NCBI GenBank assembly: GCA_050951545.1
Contig: JBMNJG010000005.1
Span: 1 to 64,000, forward strand
Direction of reading: 5' to 3'
DNA from: Limnochordia bacterium
GTDB taxonomy: Bacteria > Bacillota > Limnochordia > DTU080
DNA length: 64,000 nt
Positions 37,118 through 47,966 of the stretch are shown here, piece by piece (position 1 is the first letter of the stretch; each line of letters begins with the position of its first letter). Below the pieces are notes generated by a model, which was not told the DNA's origin, did not search any database, and saw only the letters and a program-made list of their open reading frames with translations. The translations under genes were made by a program, and so were the position numbers.

Positions 37118-39226
37118 ATGGACGATGCACAAAGACTTCTTCTTAGTGGAAACGAAGCTGTAGCCCTCGCTGCTTCGCACTGTGGGGTAGCACTCGGTGC
37201 GGGATACCCAGGTACGCCCTCCACAGAGATTCTGGAGACCTTTTCGGCACTGGGCGGTCATGCCCAATGGGCACCGAACGAGAAAGTAGCTGCTGAGGTC
37301 GGGTTGGGTGCAGCCTTTGCCAACGCTCGCGTGTTGGTCACCATGAAGCATGTGGGCCTCAACGTTGCCGCCGATTGCTTGTTCACGATGGCCTACACTG
37401 GTGTATCAGGAGGCTACGTGCTAGTTAGCGCTGACGACCCTGGCATGGCCTCCAGCCAAAACGAACAAGACACCCGCCGCTATGCTGAAGCAGCGGGGGT
37501 ACCGTTGCTTGAACCATCTGACGCGCAAGAGGCCTATGACCTTCTATGGTTGGCGTATGATATTTCCGAACGCTGGCAGTTACCCGTCATCTACCGCATG
37601 ACCACGCGCGTGTGTCATACCAAGAGCCCGGTCACGCCTCGTGGGCAAACTCGCTTGCCCAATGAAACGCGTTTCGTCCGCCAGATTCAGGAACGCGTCA
37701 TGATCCCCGGGCATGCGCGCCCCGCGCACCGACGTCTTCGCCAGAAGCTCGACGAGCTCCAAGCCTGGAACGAAGCGGAAGGGCCCAACCAAGTGATAGA
37801 GGGTAACAAGACATTAGGTATCATCACCTCGGGCGTCTCATTCCACCACAGCAGAGAAGCTGCCCCCGCAGCGCGTCTTCTCAAACTCGGCATGCCCCAT
37901 CCTCTGCCCGTACAGACTATCCTGGATTTCATCGCCTCGGTAGACGACTGCTTGGTGGTAGAGGAAAACGACCCCTGGTTGGTCAATGCCATTCGGGCGG
38001 CTGGTGGACATGTCAGAGGAAAGAACGACGCCATCTTTCGCTTTGGCGAACTAGACGTAGACCGGGTGCAGCGGATTGTGGATAACGACATCTCTCCCGA
38101 GGCCACAGCCGCCAAAGGAAGAGCTCCCGAGCTCTGTCCCGGTTGCCCACACCGAGCCACTTTCAGTATCCTCAAGCGGCTGAACTGCATCGTAGCTGGC
38201 GACATAGGTTGCTACACCCTGGCCGCTCTGCCCCCGCTGCAAGCAATGGATACGATGATCGACATGGGGGCAGCCATAGGGGTCGGGCTTGGTCTGCGGC
38301 ACGTACTCCCCCCGGAGGAGGCCAAGCGTGTGGTCAGCGTGATCGGCGACAGCACGTTTGTGCACAGCGGCATCACGGGATTAGCAGAGATGCTATACAA
38401 TCCGCCACCCACGGGCCACGTAGTCATTATCCTGGACAATGAGACTACAGCCATGACTGGCCTGCAGGAGCATCCGGGTACAGGGCATCGTCTGGATGGC
38501 TCCTCCTCGACTCGCCTCTCATTTGAGAAGCTGGCCGTGGCCATGGGTGTTACGAACGTGCATGTTTTGAGTCCCGTGCGGGAGGCAGAAGCATTCGAAG
38601 CGGCAGTAACCGAGGCCCTCGCCTCGGAAGCCTTGACGCTTATCGTCGCCCGCCAGCCGTGCATTTTAGCCAGCAAGAAACGGGCCCGCGCAAAGCAGCC
38701 AGAGGAAGCGCGCGAACTCGAAGCCAGCTGTGCGCCTCTGGTTTGCGCCCCGCAGGCTTCCGTAATCAACGTGCGCTTCGCCGGACTGGGCGGCATGGGC
38801 GTGGTGACTGCTTCCGATATCTTCGCCGACGTGGCCTTTTGCGCTGGTTACGATGTCAAGAAGGCAGATGTACATGGCATGAGCCAAAGAGGCGGCTCTG
38901 TCTCCAGCGACGTCCGTTTCGGATCAGCGGTCCACAGCCCCATGATCCCCTCAGGCCGCTGTGACATGCTAGTGGTCATGTGCGAAGACCAAGTGGAGGT
39001 GCATGCCTCGCAGCTGCGAGATGGTGGTACACTGATCAGCCCACAGGCCATCGATCTCTCTCAGCTGAAAAACAAGAAGGCACTCAATGTAGCACTGTTG
39101 GGGGTACTGAGCACATATCTGGACTTCCAGACTGCAGACTGGCTGCAAGTGTTGCGCAAGCGATTCCCCGAAAGGCTCTATGAGGCAAACCAAGAAGCTT
39201 TCCTTCTCGGAAGAGGGGGCAGATGA
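37118..39226 (+). CDS. iorA: Indolepyruvate ferredoxin oxidoreductase, alpha-beta fusion
   Basis: GNEA, GYPGTPSTE, NEKVA, MKHVGLNVA, SSQNEQD, LCPGCPH, GDIGC, GDSTF; C-term GLGGMG, HGMSQRGGSV. Confidence 0.92.
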   Translation: MDDAQRLLLSGNEAVALAASHCGVALGAGYPGTPSTEILETFSALGGHAQWAPNEKVAAEVGLGAAFANARVLVTMKHVGLNVAADCLFTMAYTGVSGGYVLVSADDPGMASSQNEQDTRRYAEAAGVPLLEPSDAQEAYDLLWLAYDISERWQLPVIYRMTTRVCHTKSPVTPRGQTRLPNETRFVRQIQERVMIPGHARPAHRRLRQKLDELQAWNEAEGPNQVIEGNKTLGIITSGVSFHHSREAAPAARLLKLGMPHPLPVQTILDFIASVDDCLVVEENDPWLVNAIRAAGGHVRGKNDAIFRFGELDVDRVQRIVDNDISPEATAAKGRAPELCPGCPHRATFSILKRLNCIVAGDIGCYTLAALPPLQAMDTMIDMGAAIGVGLGLRHVLPPEEAKRVVSVIGDSTFVHSGITGLAEMLYNPPPTGHVVIILDNETTAMTGLQEHPGTGHRLDGSSSTRLSFEKLAVAMGVTNVHVLSPVREAEAFEAAVTEALASEALTLIVARQPCILASKKRARAKQPEEARELEASCAPLVCAPQASVINVRFAGLGGMGVVTASDIFADVAFCAGYDVKKADVHGMSQRGGSVSSDVRFGSAVHSPMIPSGRCDMLVVMCEDQVEVHASQLRDGGTLISPQAIDLSQLKNKKALNVALLGVLSTYLDFQTADWLQVLRKRFPERLYEANQEAFLLGRGGR

Positions 39227-39227
39227 C

Positions 39228-40568
39228 ATGACCGTCCAGTGGAACGATGTGGCGGGTAGCTTCAACCCGGAGAGTGCTCCGGACTACCTCCCGGAGCCCC
39301 AATTGCGTCGACTCCAGCTACAGCGACTCCAAGCGATTGTCCACCGAGCCTATGAGCGTGTAGACCATTTTCGTCAGCGTCTGAATGCCGCTGGTGTGAA
39401 GCCTGACGACATCCGTGAGTTGGAGGACATCCGCCTTCTGCCTTTTACGGAAAAAAGCGACCTTCGGGACACCTACCCCTACGGTCTGTTCGCCAGCCCC
39501 ATGAGTGATATCGTCCGTCTTCATGCCTCCAGCGGCACCACAGGAAAGCCAATTGTGGTCGGCTACACGCAGCAAGACATGGAAGTCTGGAAGAATGTGA
39601 TGAAACGGACGTTTGCCGCTGTGGGTTTGCATCGCCGAGACATCATCCAAAATGCCTTTGGCTATGGCCTCTTCACTGGTGGGTTGGGAGTACACTACGG
39701 GGCCGAAGCGTTGGGAGCTACTGTGGTTCCCATATCCGGCGGCCACAGTGATCGACAGATCATGGTGATGCGAGACTTCGGAGTCACAGCCATCTGCGCT
39801 ACACCGAGCTACTTCGTTCATCTTATTGAGGTAGCAGAGCGCATGGGCATAGAGTTGCGATCGCTTCCGCTACGCACGGGCATCTTTGGCGCCGAGCCTT
39901 GGACAGACCCGATGCGCCGCTATATCGAGGAGAAGGCAGGTATCAAAGCTTACGACATCTACGGACTCTCAGAGATCATTGGCCCCGGGGTGGGCAGCGA
40001 GTGTGAAGAGCAAGACGGCCTGCACATCCACGAAGATCACTTTCTAGCGGAAATCGTAGACCCTGTCACTGGAGACGTCATGCCTGAAGGCAAAGAAGGT
40101 GAGTTGGTACTCACCACCCTCAGCAAGGAAGCGATGCCTATCGTGCGCTACCGCACCCATGACATCACCCACCTCATCCCGGAGCCCTGCCCATGTGGCA
40201 GAACAATTCGCCGCATGTCTCGCGTTGGCCGACGTACAGATGACATGTTCATTGTGCGTGGCGTCAATGTCTTCCCAGCTCAGATTGAAGCAGCGTTGCT
40301 ACGGGCAGAACGCGATCTTCCTCACTACCAGATCATCCTGTCGCGCAAGGCAGGCCTAGACCAGATGGAGGTCCAAGTCGAGGTAACAAAAGAGTTGCTC
40401 GGCGACACCATCAGTCAAATGGAAAGCCTGCAAAGGAGATTTGCCAAGGCCATTGAAGACGTGGTAGGTATTCGAGCTACTGTCACCTTAGTGGAGCCCC
40501 AGAGCATCGCCCGCAGCGAAGGCAAAGCAAAGCGGGTACTCGACACGCGCAAGGAGGACCAGATATGA
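39228..40568 (+). CDS. paaK: Phenylacetate-CoA ligase
   Basis: HASSGTTGKP, YGLFTGGLG, GAEPW, YGLSE, RYRT.D, GR.DDM..RGVNVFP. Confidence 0.95.
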   Translation: MTVQWNDVAGSFNPESAPDYLPEPQLRRLQLQRLQAIVHRAYERVDHFRQRLNAAGVKPDDIRELEDIRLLPFTEKSDLRDTYPYGLFASPMSDIVRLHASSGTTGKPIVVGYTQQDMEVWKNVMKRTFAAVGLHRRDIIQNAFGYGLFTGGLGVHYGAEALGATVVPISGGHSDRQIMVMRDFGVTAICATPSYFVHLIEVAERMGIELRSLPLRTGIFGAEPWTDPMRRYIEEKAGIKAYDIYGLSEIIGPGVGSECEEQDGLHIHEDHFLAEIVDPVTGDVMPEGKEGELVLTTLSKEAMPIVRYRTHDITHLIPEPCPCGRTIRRMSRVGRRTDDMFIVRGVNVFPAQIEAALLRAERDLPHYQIILSRKAGLDQMEVQVEVTKELLGDTISQMESLQRRFAKAIEDVVGIRATVTLVEPQSIARSEGKAKRVLDTRKEDQI

Positions 40569-41005
40569 GACTGCAACAGGTGTCGGTTTTCCTTGAGAAC
40601 AAGACAGGACGCCTCAATTCGGTGATCCACACGCTTGCCACCGCAGGCATCAACATTACCACCCTCACCTTGGCGGACACGCAGCAGTTCGGAATCTTGC
40701 GACTGATCATTGAGAACTGGCAAGAGGCCAAAGCGGTACTGGAAGAGGCTGGCGCAGTAGTCAGGGTGACCGACGTGCTGGCGTTGGAGGTCAAAGACGA
40801 GCCCGGTGGATTAGCTGCGATTTTGAGCACCGTGCATGACGTCGGTGTCGGAGTGGAGTATATGTACGCCTTCACAGTCAAGGCCCAGGAGCACGCGGTG
40901 CTCATCTTCCGCTTCGATGACATGGATAAGGCCATCAAGGCGTTGTGTGAGCGCGGCGTGCACCTCATCTCGCCAGCGCAGCTGTTCAAGCATCCCAGTG
41001 CATAA
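40565..41005 (+). CDS. Tandem ACT-domain protein
   Basis: QVSVFLENK.GRL, D.PGGL, VEYMYAF. Confidence 0.92.
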   Translation: MRLQQVSVFLENKTGRLNSVIHTLATAGINITTLTLADTQQFGILRLIIENWQEAKAVLEEAGAVVRVTDVLALEVKDEPGGLAAILSTVHDVGVGVEYMYAFTVKAQEHAVLIFRFDDMDKAIKALCERGVHLISPAQLFKHPSA

Positions 41006-41011
41006 GCGCTC

Positions 41012-41053
41012 AGTACACAACAGCGGCTCTCATCCGAGCCGCTGTTGTGTACT
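41012..41053. terminator. Long hairpin between convergent operons
   Basis: AGTACACAACAGCGGCTC-TCATCC-GAGCCGCTGTTGTGTACT. Confidence 0.8.
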
Positions 41054-41058
41054 ATCCG

Positions 41059-41352
41059 CTACTTTACACGAACGCACCAGTTCCAGCCGTTGTTGTTGTC
41101 CCAGTTGTTTGCCGTATCTTTGAAACACATGTTGATCTCACTCTTCGCGTCTGCCTTGACACTCGTCCTGAAGGATCCATCCACGTCCCTAGTCATCCAG
41201 ATATCGCTGGGCTCTCTCCAACCGTCAAAGCCGCAGTGAAGCAAGACGCCACTTGCCCCAGAGTTGCGAAGCAAGCCTGCATAGGTGACATCAACGCTGT
41301 CCTTGGTTTTCACGGACTCCTTGCTGACATGAACGCCATTATCTAACCACAT
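41059..41352 (-). CDS. Stand-alone carbohydrate-binding module protein (starch-binding type)
   Basis: Y.GLL, LH.GF..W, CFKD.ANNWDNN.G.N. Confidence 0.8.
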   Translation of the reverse strand: MWLDNGVHVSKESVKTKDSVDVTYAGLLRNSGASGVLLHCGFDGWREPSDIWMTRDVDGSFRTSVKADAKSEINMCFKDTANNWDNNNGWNWCVRVK

Positions 41353-41357
41353 GAGCG

Positions 41358-41777
41358 TCACCTCCGTGACGTAGTATCACCATCGAGCAGATCACTATCC
41401 GCGATCTCCCAGGCGTCAACATCACGAGTGGCTACTACGGCGCTACCCAAGCCAAAGAGGTCAGGCGACACCACATCGCCGCGTCGCACAGGGGCCGTAA
41501 CCATCACACTTCGCAACTCGTCGCGAAGACGGCGCACTTCATTCCGAGGAACAGGCTTCTCCGTCTTCACTGGTAACAGACGCTCCGTACCGCCGATTAC
41601 GCGTACGGTGGTGGTTAGCGTCCTACGGGGATCAGTGTGTTCTAGCGCAGCGAATTCCTTGCCCCGCTTGCATTGGTAGCCGCGTATGTCATGAATCTCG
41701 TGACCAGAATGCTCTACTTCCAGGCTGCAGCCCAGTGGGCAGCCGATGCACAGATACTTCGTCAGTGTAGTGGACAT
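41358..41777 (-). CDS. DUF1667 protein
   Basis: CIGCPLGC, G..CKRG, P.R.LTTTV. Confidence 0.88.
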   Translation of the reverse strand: MSTTLTKYLCIGCPLGCSLEVEHSGHEIHDIRGYQCKRGKEFAALEHTDPRRTLTTTVRVIGGTERLLPVKTEKPVPRNEVRRLRDELRSVMVTAPVRRGDVVSPDLFGLGSAVVATRDVDAWEIADSDLLDGDTTSRR

Positions 41778-41813
41778 AACACTGCCTCCTCCGCAGAACC
41801 ACACATCTGCCAC

Positions 41814-43073
41814 CTAGGGCAAACGCAACTCCACAGGCACCGTTGCCCCCTGAAAACCACGGAAATGCTCTGGCTTCACGCGCAGAGTGATCATCTCGGC
41901 CGGGAAAGCATAGCGCAACCTCTTCTCGTAGAGATCACCCAAGGCAATACTGCATCTTTCCTGGGGGCGACGAACACGCAGATAGACGGTGTGCTCCCGA
42001 TCCGTGGAGATGGTATGTGGTACGCAGTAGGCTATGCCGGAGCCAGGTACCAGCTTGATCGTGTCTGCTAACGGTTGTTGACCCGTAGCATGGGCTCCGG
42101 CACTTCGGCCTGCCAAGAAAGCCTCCTCAGTGACGAAGTCCACGAGATCATGGATGTGAACAACGTTACCACAGGCGAAGACGCCTGGCAGTGAGGTCTC
42201 CATCGTACTGGTGACGATCGGGCCGTTGGTCACGGCGTCCATCTGCAGTCCGAGGTGACGAGAGAGCTCGTTCTCGGGAATGAGGCCAATGGCCAGAAGC
42301 AACGTATCGCACGCGATCTCGCGCCCTCTGCCCGGAATGGGTCGCAGCTGCTCATCTACGGGGGCCACTGTGACCTTCTCCAGACGATGGCGACCGTGGA
42401 TCTCAGCCACGGTATGCGAAAGCGAGAGCGGAATGTCATAGTCATGGAGGCACTGCACGATATTGCGATTAAGTCCGTTGGCGTAGGGCATGATCTCGTA
42501 GACTCCACACACCTCAACACCCTCAAGCGTAAGGCGTCTGGCCATGATTAGCCCGATATCGCCTGATCCGAGAATAACCGCCCTGCGGCCAGGCAAATAC
42601 CCCATGATATTGACCAGCTTCTGAGCAAGCCCCGCCGTCAACACACCCGCTGGTCGAGAACCAGGAATGTGAATAGCACCCCGGGTACGTTCCCTGGCCC
42701 CCATAGCGAGCACCACGGCGCTGGCCGATATGGTCTTCATCCCGTGAGCAGTCGAGATGAAGGTGACATGCAGCGCAGGGTTGATATCTAGCACAAAAGC
42801 ATCCGTTACGACGTGAATCCCTTCAGCTCTGATCTGCTCAAGGAAGTTCTGAGCGTACTCCGGCCCCGTCAGCTCCTCCTTGAAGTAGTGCAGCCCGAAT
42901 CCCGCGTGAATGCACTGCCACAGAATGCCGCCGGCTTCCTTTTCCCGGTCGATGATCAAGATCCGCTGAGCTCCAGCCTCGCGAGCACCCAACGCCGCGG
43001 CCATACCTGCGGGCCCTCCCCCGATCACCACCACGTCATATTCAGGCCACAGTTGCCTGCTGCACGCATTCAC
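41814..43073 (-). CDS. FAD/NAD(P)-dependent oxidoreductase (partner of GlpA-like subunit)
   Basis: [44 protein letters not shown]. Confidence 0.9.
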   Translation of the reverse strand: MNACSRQLWPEYDVVVIGGGPAGMAAALGAREAGAQRILIIDREKEAGGILWQCIHAGFGLHYFKEELTGPEYAQNFLEQIRAEGIHVVTDAFVLDINPALHVTFISTAHGMKTISASAVVLAMGARERTRGAIHIPGSRPAGVLTAGLAQKLVNIMGYLPGRRAVILGSGDIGLIMARRLTLEGVEVCGVYEIMPYANGLNRNIVQCLHDYDIPLSLSHTVAEIHGRHRLEKVTVAPVDEQLRPIPGRGREIACDTLLLAIGLIPENELSRHLGLQMDAVTNGPIVTSTMETSLPGVFACGNVVHIHDLVDFVTEEAFLAGRSAGAHATGQQPLADTIKLVPGSGIAYCVPHTISTDREHTVYLRVRRPQERCSIALGDLYEKRLRYAFPAEMITLRVKPEHFRGFQGATVPVELRLP

Positions 43074-44518
43074 AGCGGCTTCGCCCCCTCCACTGGTTCA
43101 ACAGCGATCCACGACGCCCCATCGCCTTTGGTGATGTCCGAAAGATCCACCCTGAGCTCTCTGGCCAACAGCTCCATACAGCGCGCCGTACAGAAACCGC
43201 CTTGACAGCGCCCCATGCCAGCCCGCGTACGAAACTTCAATCCGTCCAGGGTACGCGCCCCCGCCCGAATGGCTGCCAAGATCTCTCCCTCAGTCACGTG
43301 CTCACAGCGACAGACGATACGCCCATAGCTGGGATCCTTCTCGATGAGACGACGCTGCTCATCCCGACTCAACTCAGCGAAGCGAATCCACTTGGGCAGC
43401 GCAGGCACGTAGTCATCTCGATGCACCAGCTGTAACCCCTCGTCTGCGAGAATGGCCACAACACGTTGAGCGATAGCTGGAGCCGCAGTAAGCCCAGGTG
43501 ACTGAATGCCAGCCACGTTGACGAATCCTGGCAATGTCGTGGCACCAATAATGAAATCCTCTGAAGGAGCTACCGCCCGTAGACCTGCAAACTGCGCAAT
43601 GCAGTCACGCTCAGAGATCGCTGGCACCAATGCTTTCACGGCTCGGAAGACCTCTCGGAAACCAGCCTCCGACGTGGTCCAATCCTCTTTGCTTGGGACG
43701 AAATGCGAGGTCGGCCCCACCATGATGGTTCCCTCCACGGTGGGGATCACGAGAATGCCCTTGGATGTCTCACTGGGACACGGGAAGATGGTACGCTTGA
43801 CTAAACCCGCCAAGCGCTTGTCGAGAAGGTACTCCTCTCCTTTGCGGATGCGCAGCGTGAAATCGCCGACACCAGCCATGGCTGCCACCTCGTCGGCATG
43901 AATCCCTGCGGCATTGATCACGAAGCGAGCCCGAAGATCACCCCTAGAGGCCTCCACCAAGAGTACGCCCTCTTCGCGGCGAATACCAGTCACCTGGTTC
44001 TCCAAGGAGATCTCCACCCCGTTGCACCGAGCGTGATGTGCCATCTGCATGCAGGCCTCATAGGGGTTGACCACCCCTGAAGTGGGAGCATACAAAGCAG
44101 CCTGCACCTGAGGAGCAAGGTTTGGCTCCTCTTGCCGTATACGCTGCTGATCCCATAGCTCGAGACCCGGTACGCCCTTGGCCTCGCCTTGCCTCTTCAG
44201 TCTCTTTAAGACCGCTGCTTCCTCATTGGTCCGGGCGACAGTGAGTTCACCCACACGCCTGAAGCCAAAACCCAGATCCGCCTGGAGTTGGTCCCACATC
44301 TGATTGCCAGACCACTCCAAATCCCCTTTGAGCGTCTCACGGGAGGAATGGTGTCCAGCATGAATGATACCGCTGTTGGCCTTGCTGGTGCCCGAAGCTA
44401 CATCAGAGCCTTTCTCCAATACGATGATCCGCAAGCGGTAACGTGCCAGCTCGCGCGCGATGGCGCAACCTACGATACCACCGCCCACAATAGCCACGTC
44501 GTAGAGCAATTCTACCAC
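43070..44518 (-). CDS. Glycerol-3-phosphate dehydrogenase-like FAD oxidoreductase with C-terminal BFD-like [2Fe-2S] domain
   Basis: [40 protein letters not shown]. Confidence 0.9.
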   Translation of the reverse strand: MVELLYDVAIVGGGIVGCAIARELARYRLRIIVLEKGSDVASGTSKANSGIIHAGHHSSRETLKGDLEWSGNQMWDQLQADLGFGFRRVGELTVARTNEEAAVLKRLKRQGEAKGVPGLELWDQQRIRQEEPNLAPQVQAALYAPTSGVVNPYEACMQMAHHARCNGVEISLENQVTGIRREEGVLLVEASRGDLRARFVINAAGIHADEVAAMAGVGDFTLRIRKGEEYLLDKRLAGLVKRTIFPCPSETSKGILVIPTVEGTIMVGPTSHFVPSKEDWTTSEAGFREVFRAVKALVPAISERDCIAQFAGLRAVAPSEDFIIGATTLPGFVNVAGIQSPGLTAAPAIAQRVVAILADEGLQLVHRDDYVPALPKWIRFAELSRDEQRRLIEKDPSYGRIVCRCEHVTEGEILAAIRAGARTLDGLKFRTRAGMGRCQGGFCTARCMELLARELRVDLSDITKGDGASWIAVEPVEGAKPL

Positions 44519-44523
44519 CTCAT

Positions 44524-44562
44524 AAAAAAAGAGGCACTCCTCCCTGGGGGAGGAGCCCTCTC
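44524..44562 (-). terminator. Leader terminator (GlpP-type attenuator)
   Basis: Minus strand AGAGGGCTCCTCCC..GGGAGGAGTGCCTC-T7 immediately before the RBS; divergent glpP. Confidence 0.85.
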
Positions 44563-44611
44563 TATATCGCCGTGCTCCTGCTTATCACATGCTATTCACT
44601 TCATCAGCTTA

Positions 44612-44640
44612 AGAGTAGCTTGAGCATCAGCGTTTGTCAA
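44612..44640 (-). promoter_or_regulatory. sigmaA promoter TTGACA-N17-TACTCT
   Basis: Near-consensus hexamers upstream of the attenuator. Confidence 0.75.
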
Positions 44641-44722
44641 GAACCGCCCCCACAGGTAGGTTGCCGCAGGAACCCGATGTACACTCAGCGAAGGCTCCTA
44701 CCTAGACAAGGCCGAAGGGAGA

Positions 44723-45328
44723 ATGTGGATCATGCGCCCCACGAAGGTGTCGCCCCGAGGATTTCATTCATTGCTGCAGGGTTGTCGGGTTATCCCCGGC
44801 CTGAAAACGCTTCACATGCTCAAGCAAGCCTTTGCTGTTCAGGCTCCAATCCTTTTCTTCCTAACGGGAACTATCTTTACTCTTCGTGAAGCCGTCCGTC
44901 ACTGCAACGAGCAAGGAGTGCTCCTGTTTGCCCATGTGGATCTTCTGCAAGGCATCGGCAAAGACCCAGAGGGCATGCGCTATCTGGCCCATGAGATCGG
45001 GGTCAGTGGCATCTTGAGCACCCGCAGTTTCCTTATTAAGGCAGCCGCGAACGAAGGACTACTCACTGTCCAGCGCCTGTTTGCCCTGGACTCTGAGGCA
45101 CTCAAAACTGGTCTTGATGTCATCAAGACCTCCCGCCCGGATGCTGTAGAGATCCTCCCCGCTCTGGTGCTACCGTCCATTTCGCACCGGTTTCCCTTTG
45201 CCGAGCTACCTCCGGTGATCGCAGGAGGGTTGCTCGAAACGCGCGCCGAGGTAGAGGCCGTTCTGAAAACGCCCGTGGTGGCCGTGTCTGCCAGTCGGCC
45301 AGAACTGTGGCGCTGCAGCGGAAGCTAG
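44723..45328 (+). CDS. glpP: Glycerol-3-phosphate-responsive antiterminator
   Basis: HVDLLQG, GILST, QRLF.LDS, PDAVEILP, IAGGL. Confidence 0.92.
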   Translation: MWIMRPTKVSPRGFHSLLQGCRVIPGLKTLHMLKQAFAVQAPILFFLTGTIFTLREAVRHCNEQGVLLFAHVDLLQGIGKDPEGMRYLAHEIGVSGILSTRSFLIKAAANEGLLTVQRLFALDSEALKTGLDVIKTSRPDAVEILPALVLPSISHRFPFAELPPVIAGGLLETRAEVEAVLKTPVVAVSASRPELWRCSGS

Positions 45329-45350
45329 GCACGCGTCCGAGCTGCACTCC

Positions 45351-46133
45351 CTAGAGGATCTTTGCCCCAGCGGCCCGATCAATGTACAGAGTCGCGCTGG
45401 CGTGCTTGCGCATGATGGAGGCCGGGCATGAGGTCGCTATTGGCCCGTTGATCGTCCTTTCTACTGCTTCTGCCTTAGTAGGACCTGGCACGATGCAGTG
45501 GATCTCTTTCGCCTCCATAATGGCCGGTACCGTCATTGTCAATGCATGAGTGGGTACAGCGTCGATATGGGGGAAGCAACCGTCGTTGACCTGCTGTTGT
45601 CTGCAGACCTGATCTAACTCAACCACCTTGACGGTCTTCGGATCGCTGAAATCTGCCACAGGGGGATCGTTAAACGCCAAGTGCCCGTTCTCCCCAATGC
45701 CCACACAAGCGATATCCAGAGGATTCGCCTTCAGTAGGGCAGTGTAGCGTTCACACTCCGCCTCAGACTCGGCCGTGACGTCGATCAAGTGAATCTTGCC
45801 AAAGGTGACCCGCCCAAACAGGTGGTCCTCGAGATACTTGGCGAAACGTTGAGGTGCACCAGCCGGAAGACCGATATACTCATCAAGATGGAAAGCCGTT
45901 ACCCGAGACCAATCGATCCCCTCCGCTGCGGTCAGCGCGTCCAGAAACTCGTTCTGTGAAGGTGCGGCCGCAAACACCATGCTGACGCGATCTTGAGACG
46001 CCAGTAACGAGCGCATCTTGTTGGCTACTGCCTGGCCAGCTGCCGCACCCATATCTTGCCGGGTCTCGTAGATCTTGACCTGCAACTGATCGGCGGCGCG
46101 CGTGGCCACGGGCTTTACACCATTCTTAGCCAT
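45351..46133 (-). CDS. nagB: Glucosamine-6-phosphate deaminase family
   Basis: FHLDEY.G, GIGENGHLAFNDP, CPAS. Confidence 0.8.
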   Translation of the reverse strand: MAKNGVKPVATRAADQLQVKIYETRQDMGAAAGQAVANKMRSLLASQDRVSMVFAAAPSQNEFLDALTAAEGIDWSRVTAFHLDEYIGLPAGAPQRFAKYLEDHLFGRVTFGKIHLIDVTAESEAECERYTALLKANPLDIACVGIGENGHLAFNDPPVADFSDPKTVKVVELDQVCRQQQVNDGCFPHIDAVPTHALTMTVPAIMEAKEIHCIVPGPTKAEAVERTINGPIATSCPASIMRKHASATLYIDRAAGAKIL

Positions 46134-46357
46134 CTGTCTACTCCCCTTTTCTGGATGATCTTGCCCAAATTCCTTCGTCATCAAGCTCCTAAGTCCCTTC
46201 CAACTTGGCGCGGTGCCCTATGTTCGGTAAAGTAAGGGTGCTAAGCCGAATAACCCTCAAACAAGGAGCATGCGTGTCGACGGCCAACCAGCGCGAAAGT
46301 TGAGGCCGCCGGCATGCCCGCACAGCGTAACATGATTTTCTAAGGAAGTGAGAACCC

Positions 46358-47896
46358 GTGCATAGCATGCCCGCTGGCGTTGGCAAGCTTGTCGCTGTCG
46401 ACCGAGATGCTAACCGATGGAACCTGATTGGCGACACGCCCACACCTGTTACGCCGCAGTTTTTCGCAAACCAGGCTATCGTGAAGTCATTGGAGGATGA
46501 GCTGCTTCTCCAAGTACTCCAAACGGCGCAGATCCCTCATCTCAGCCACCTGGGCTATACGGCAGACGCTCACCTCGGTCGCGGGACTGCCATTGGCACT
46601 ACCATGGTAGCGAACCTAGACGAAGAGCCCATGATCTCTGCCTCTACTGTCGGTGTCGATATCGGGTGCGGGCTTAGTGTCCAGCTTACCCCGCTGTCTA
46701 CCTATGATCTACAAGATCAATCCACCATCCGTTCCTGGATGAAACTGGTAGAGAAGGCCGTCAGACCTGGAGAAGGTCGCAAGAGCCCCTACAAACTGAA
46801 TGGAGACGAACTTTGGGCCGCAGCAGTCGCTGGGCCAGCGAGTGTTCGTGGCAGCTTAGCCCGGCTGTTAGCAGCCCCGGAAGAAGGCATGCACATCGAA
46901 GACAGCCATCTGCACGTTGTGGCAGCAGCTTCAGCCAGTGGAATCACCCTCAAAGACGCGAAAGAGCACATCAGTAAGCGCGCCTGGCAACGAACCCATA
47001 CCACTGTCGGCACTCTTGGTGGGGGCAACCATTTCCTCGAGTTGCAGGTCATCAGAGTGATGCCGGGCATGCATGATCTGGCCAGCACCTGGGGCCTGCG
47101 CGACGGCCAGGTGGTGGTGATGCTGCACAGTGGATCAAGGGGCGGCGGTCATCAGATCGCGCAGGAATACGAGAAGATGATGCTGGCCGAGATGAAAGCC
47201 CGTTCTCTACCCCGACCCAACCCAGAGATCGCTTACGTGCCCTTGCATACACCTCTTGGCGCTGCTTACATGCTCGCTCAGGCCTTCGCCCTCAACGTTA
47301 GCCGCCTCAACCGCATGCTGATGCGCAAGGCTATCCGTCAAGCATTCAACACTGTCTACGGAATCAACGAGTCAGAGATCGAACTGCTCTATGACATTGC
47401 CCATAACTTCTGCGCCTGCGAGGAACACCACGGTCAGCAGTATCTCGTACACCGCAAAGGAGCCACAAAGGCTCTTCCTGCTGACCACCCCGGCAACTCA
47501 CCGATCTTCAGGACAACCGGGCATCCCGTGATCATCCCTGGCAGCATGGGGGCTCGGTCACGCAGCTACATTCTAGTGGGGCAACCCAGCGGAGCTGTCA
47601 ATTACTACACTGTCAACCATGGTGCTGGCCGTACCATGTCGCGTCGTCAAGCCAGACAACGCATTGGCGTGGAAGAGTTTGAGGCCAGCCTCACCTACAC
47701 AAAGGAGGAGCTGTCAGAGCTTCCGTTTTCGCTTCCCGTAAGCCAAGTGATGCTCAACAAGCGCGACCTCCGAGAGGTCATCGATGAGGCACCAAGCGCC
47801 TACAAGGCGTCGAAGGAGATCATTGATTCCGTCGTCGGGGCTGGTCTAGCCAACGTAGTCGCCGAGTGTCTGCCAGTCGCCTGCATCAAGGGATAG
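46358..47896 (+). CDS. rtcB: RtcB RNA ligase
   Basis: D.H.G, VGVDIGCG, GTLGGGNHFLE, HSGSRG, HN, HRKGAT, PGSMG, HGAGR, DEAP.AYK. Confidence 0.95.
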   Translation: MHSMPAGVGKLVAVDRDANRWNLIGDTPTPVTPQFFANQAIVKSLEDELLLQVLQTAQIPHLSHLGYTADAHLGRGTAIGTTMVANLDEEPMISASTVGVDIGCGLSVQLTPLSTYDLQDQSTIRSWMKLVEKAVRPGEGRKSPYKLNGDELWAAAVAGPASVRGSLARLLAAPEEGMHIEDSHLHVVAAASASGITLKDAKEHISKRAWQRTHTTVGTLGGGNHFLELQVIRVMPGMHDLASTWGLRDGQVVVMLHSGSRGGGHQIAQEYEKMMLAEMKARSLPRPNPEIAYVPLHTPLGAAYMLAQAFALNVSRLNRMLMRKAIRQAFNTVYGINESEIELLYDIAHNFCACEEHHGQQYLVHRKGATKALPADHPGNSPIFRTTGHPVIIPGSMGARSRSYILVGQPSGAVNYYTVNHGAGRTMSRRQARQRIGVEEFEASLTYTKEELSELPFSLPVSQVMLNKRDLREVIDEAPSAYKASKEIIDSVVGAGLANVVAECLPVACIKG

Positions 47897-47901
47897 GTCT
47901 G

Positions 47902-47954
47902 TTGACTCAGAAGCGGACCGGGTGTATACTCATCTCGTAATCTAACGAGATGAG
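47902..47954 (+). promoter_or_regulatory. sigmaA promoter TTGACT-N17-TATACT with overlapping ArsR-type inverted repeat
   Basis: CTCATCTCGT-AATCTA-ACGAGATGAG at 47929-47954. Confidence 0.8.
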
Positions 47955-47966
47955 GATGATGAACAG

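Noticed and set aside
46190-46357. sigma54 promoter for rtcB (TTGGCGCG at ~46205)
   Set aside because: No TTGC -12 element at the right spacing and no rtcR nearby.
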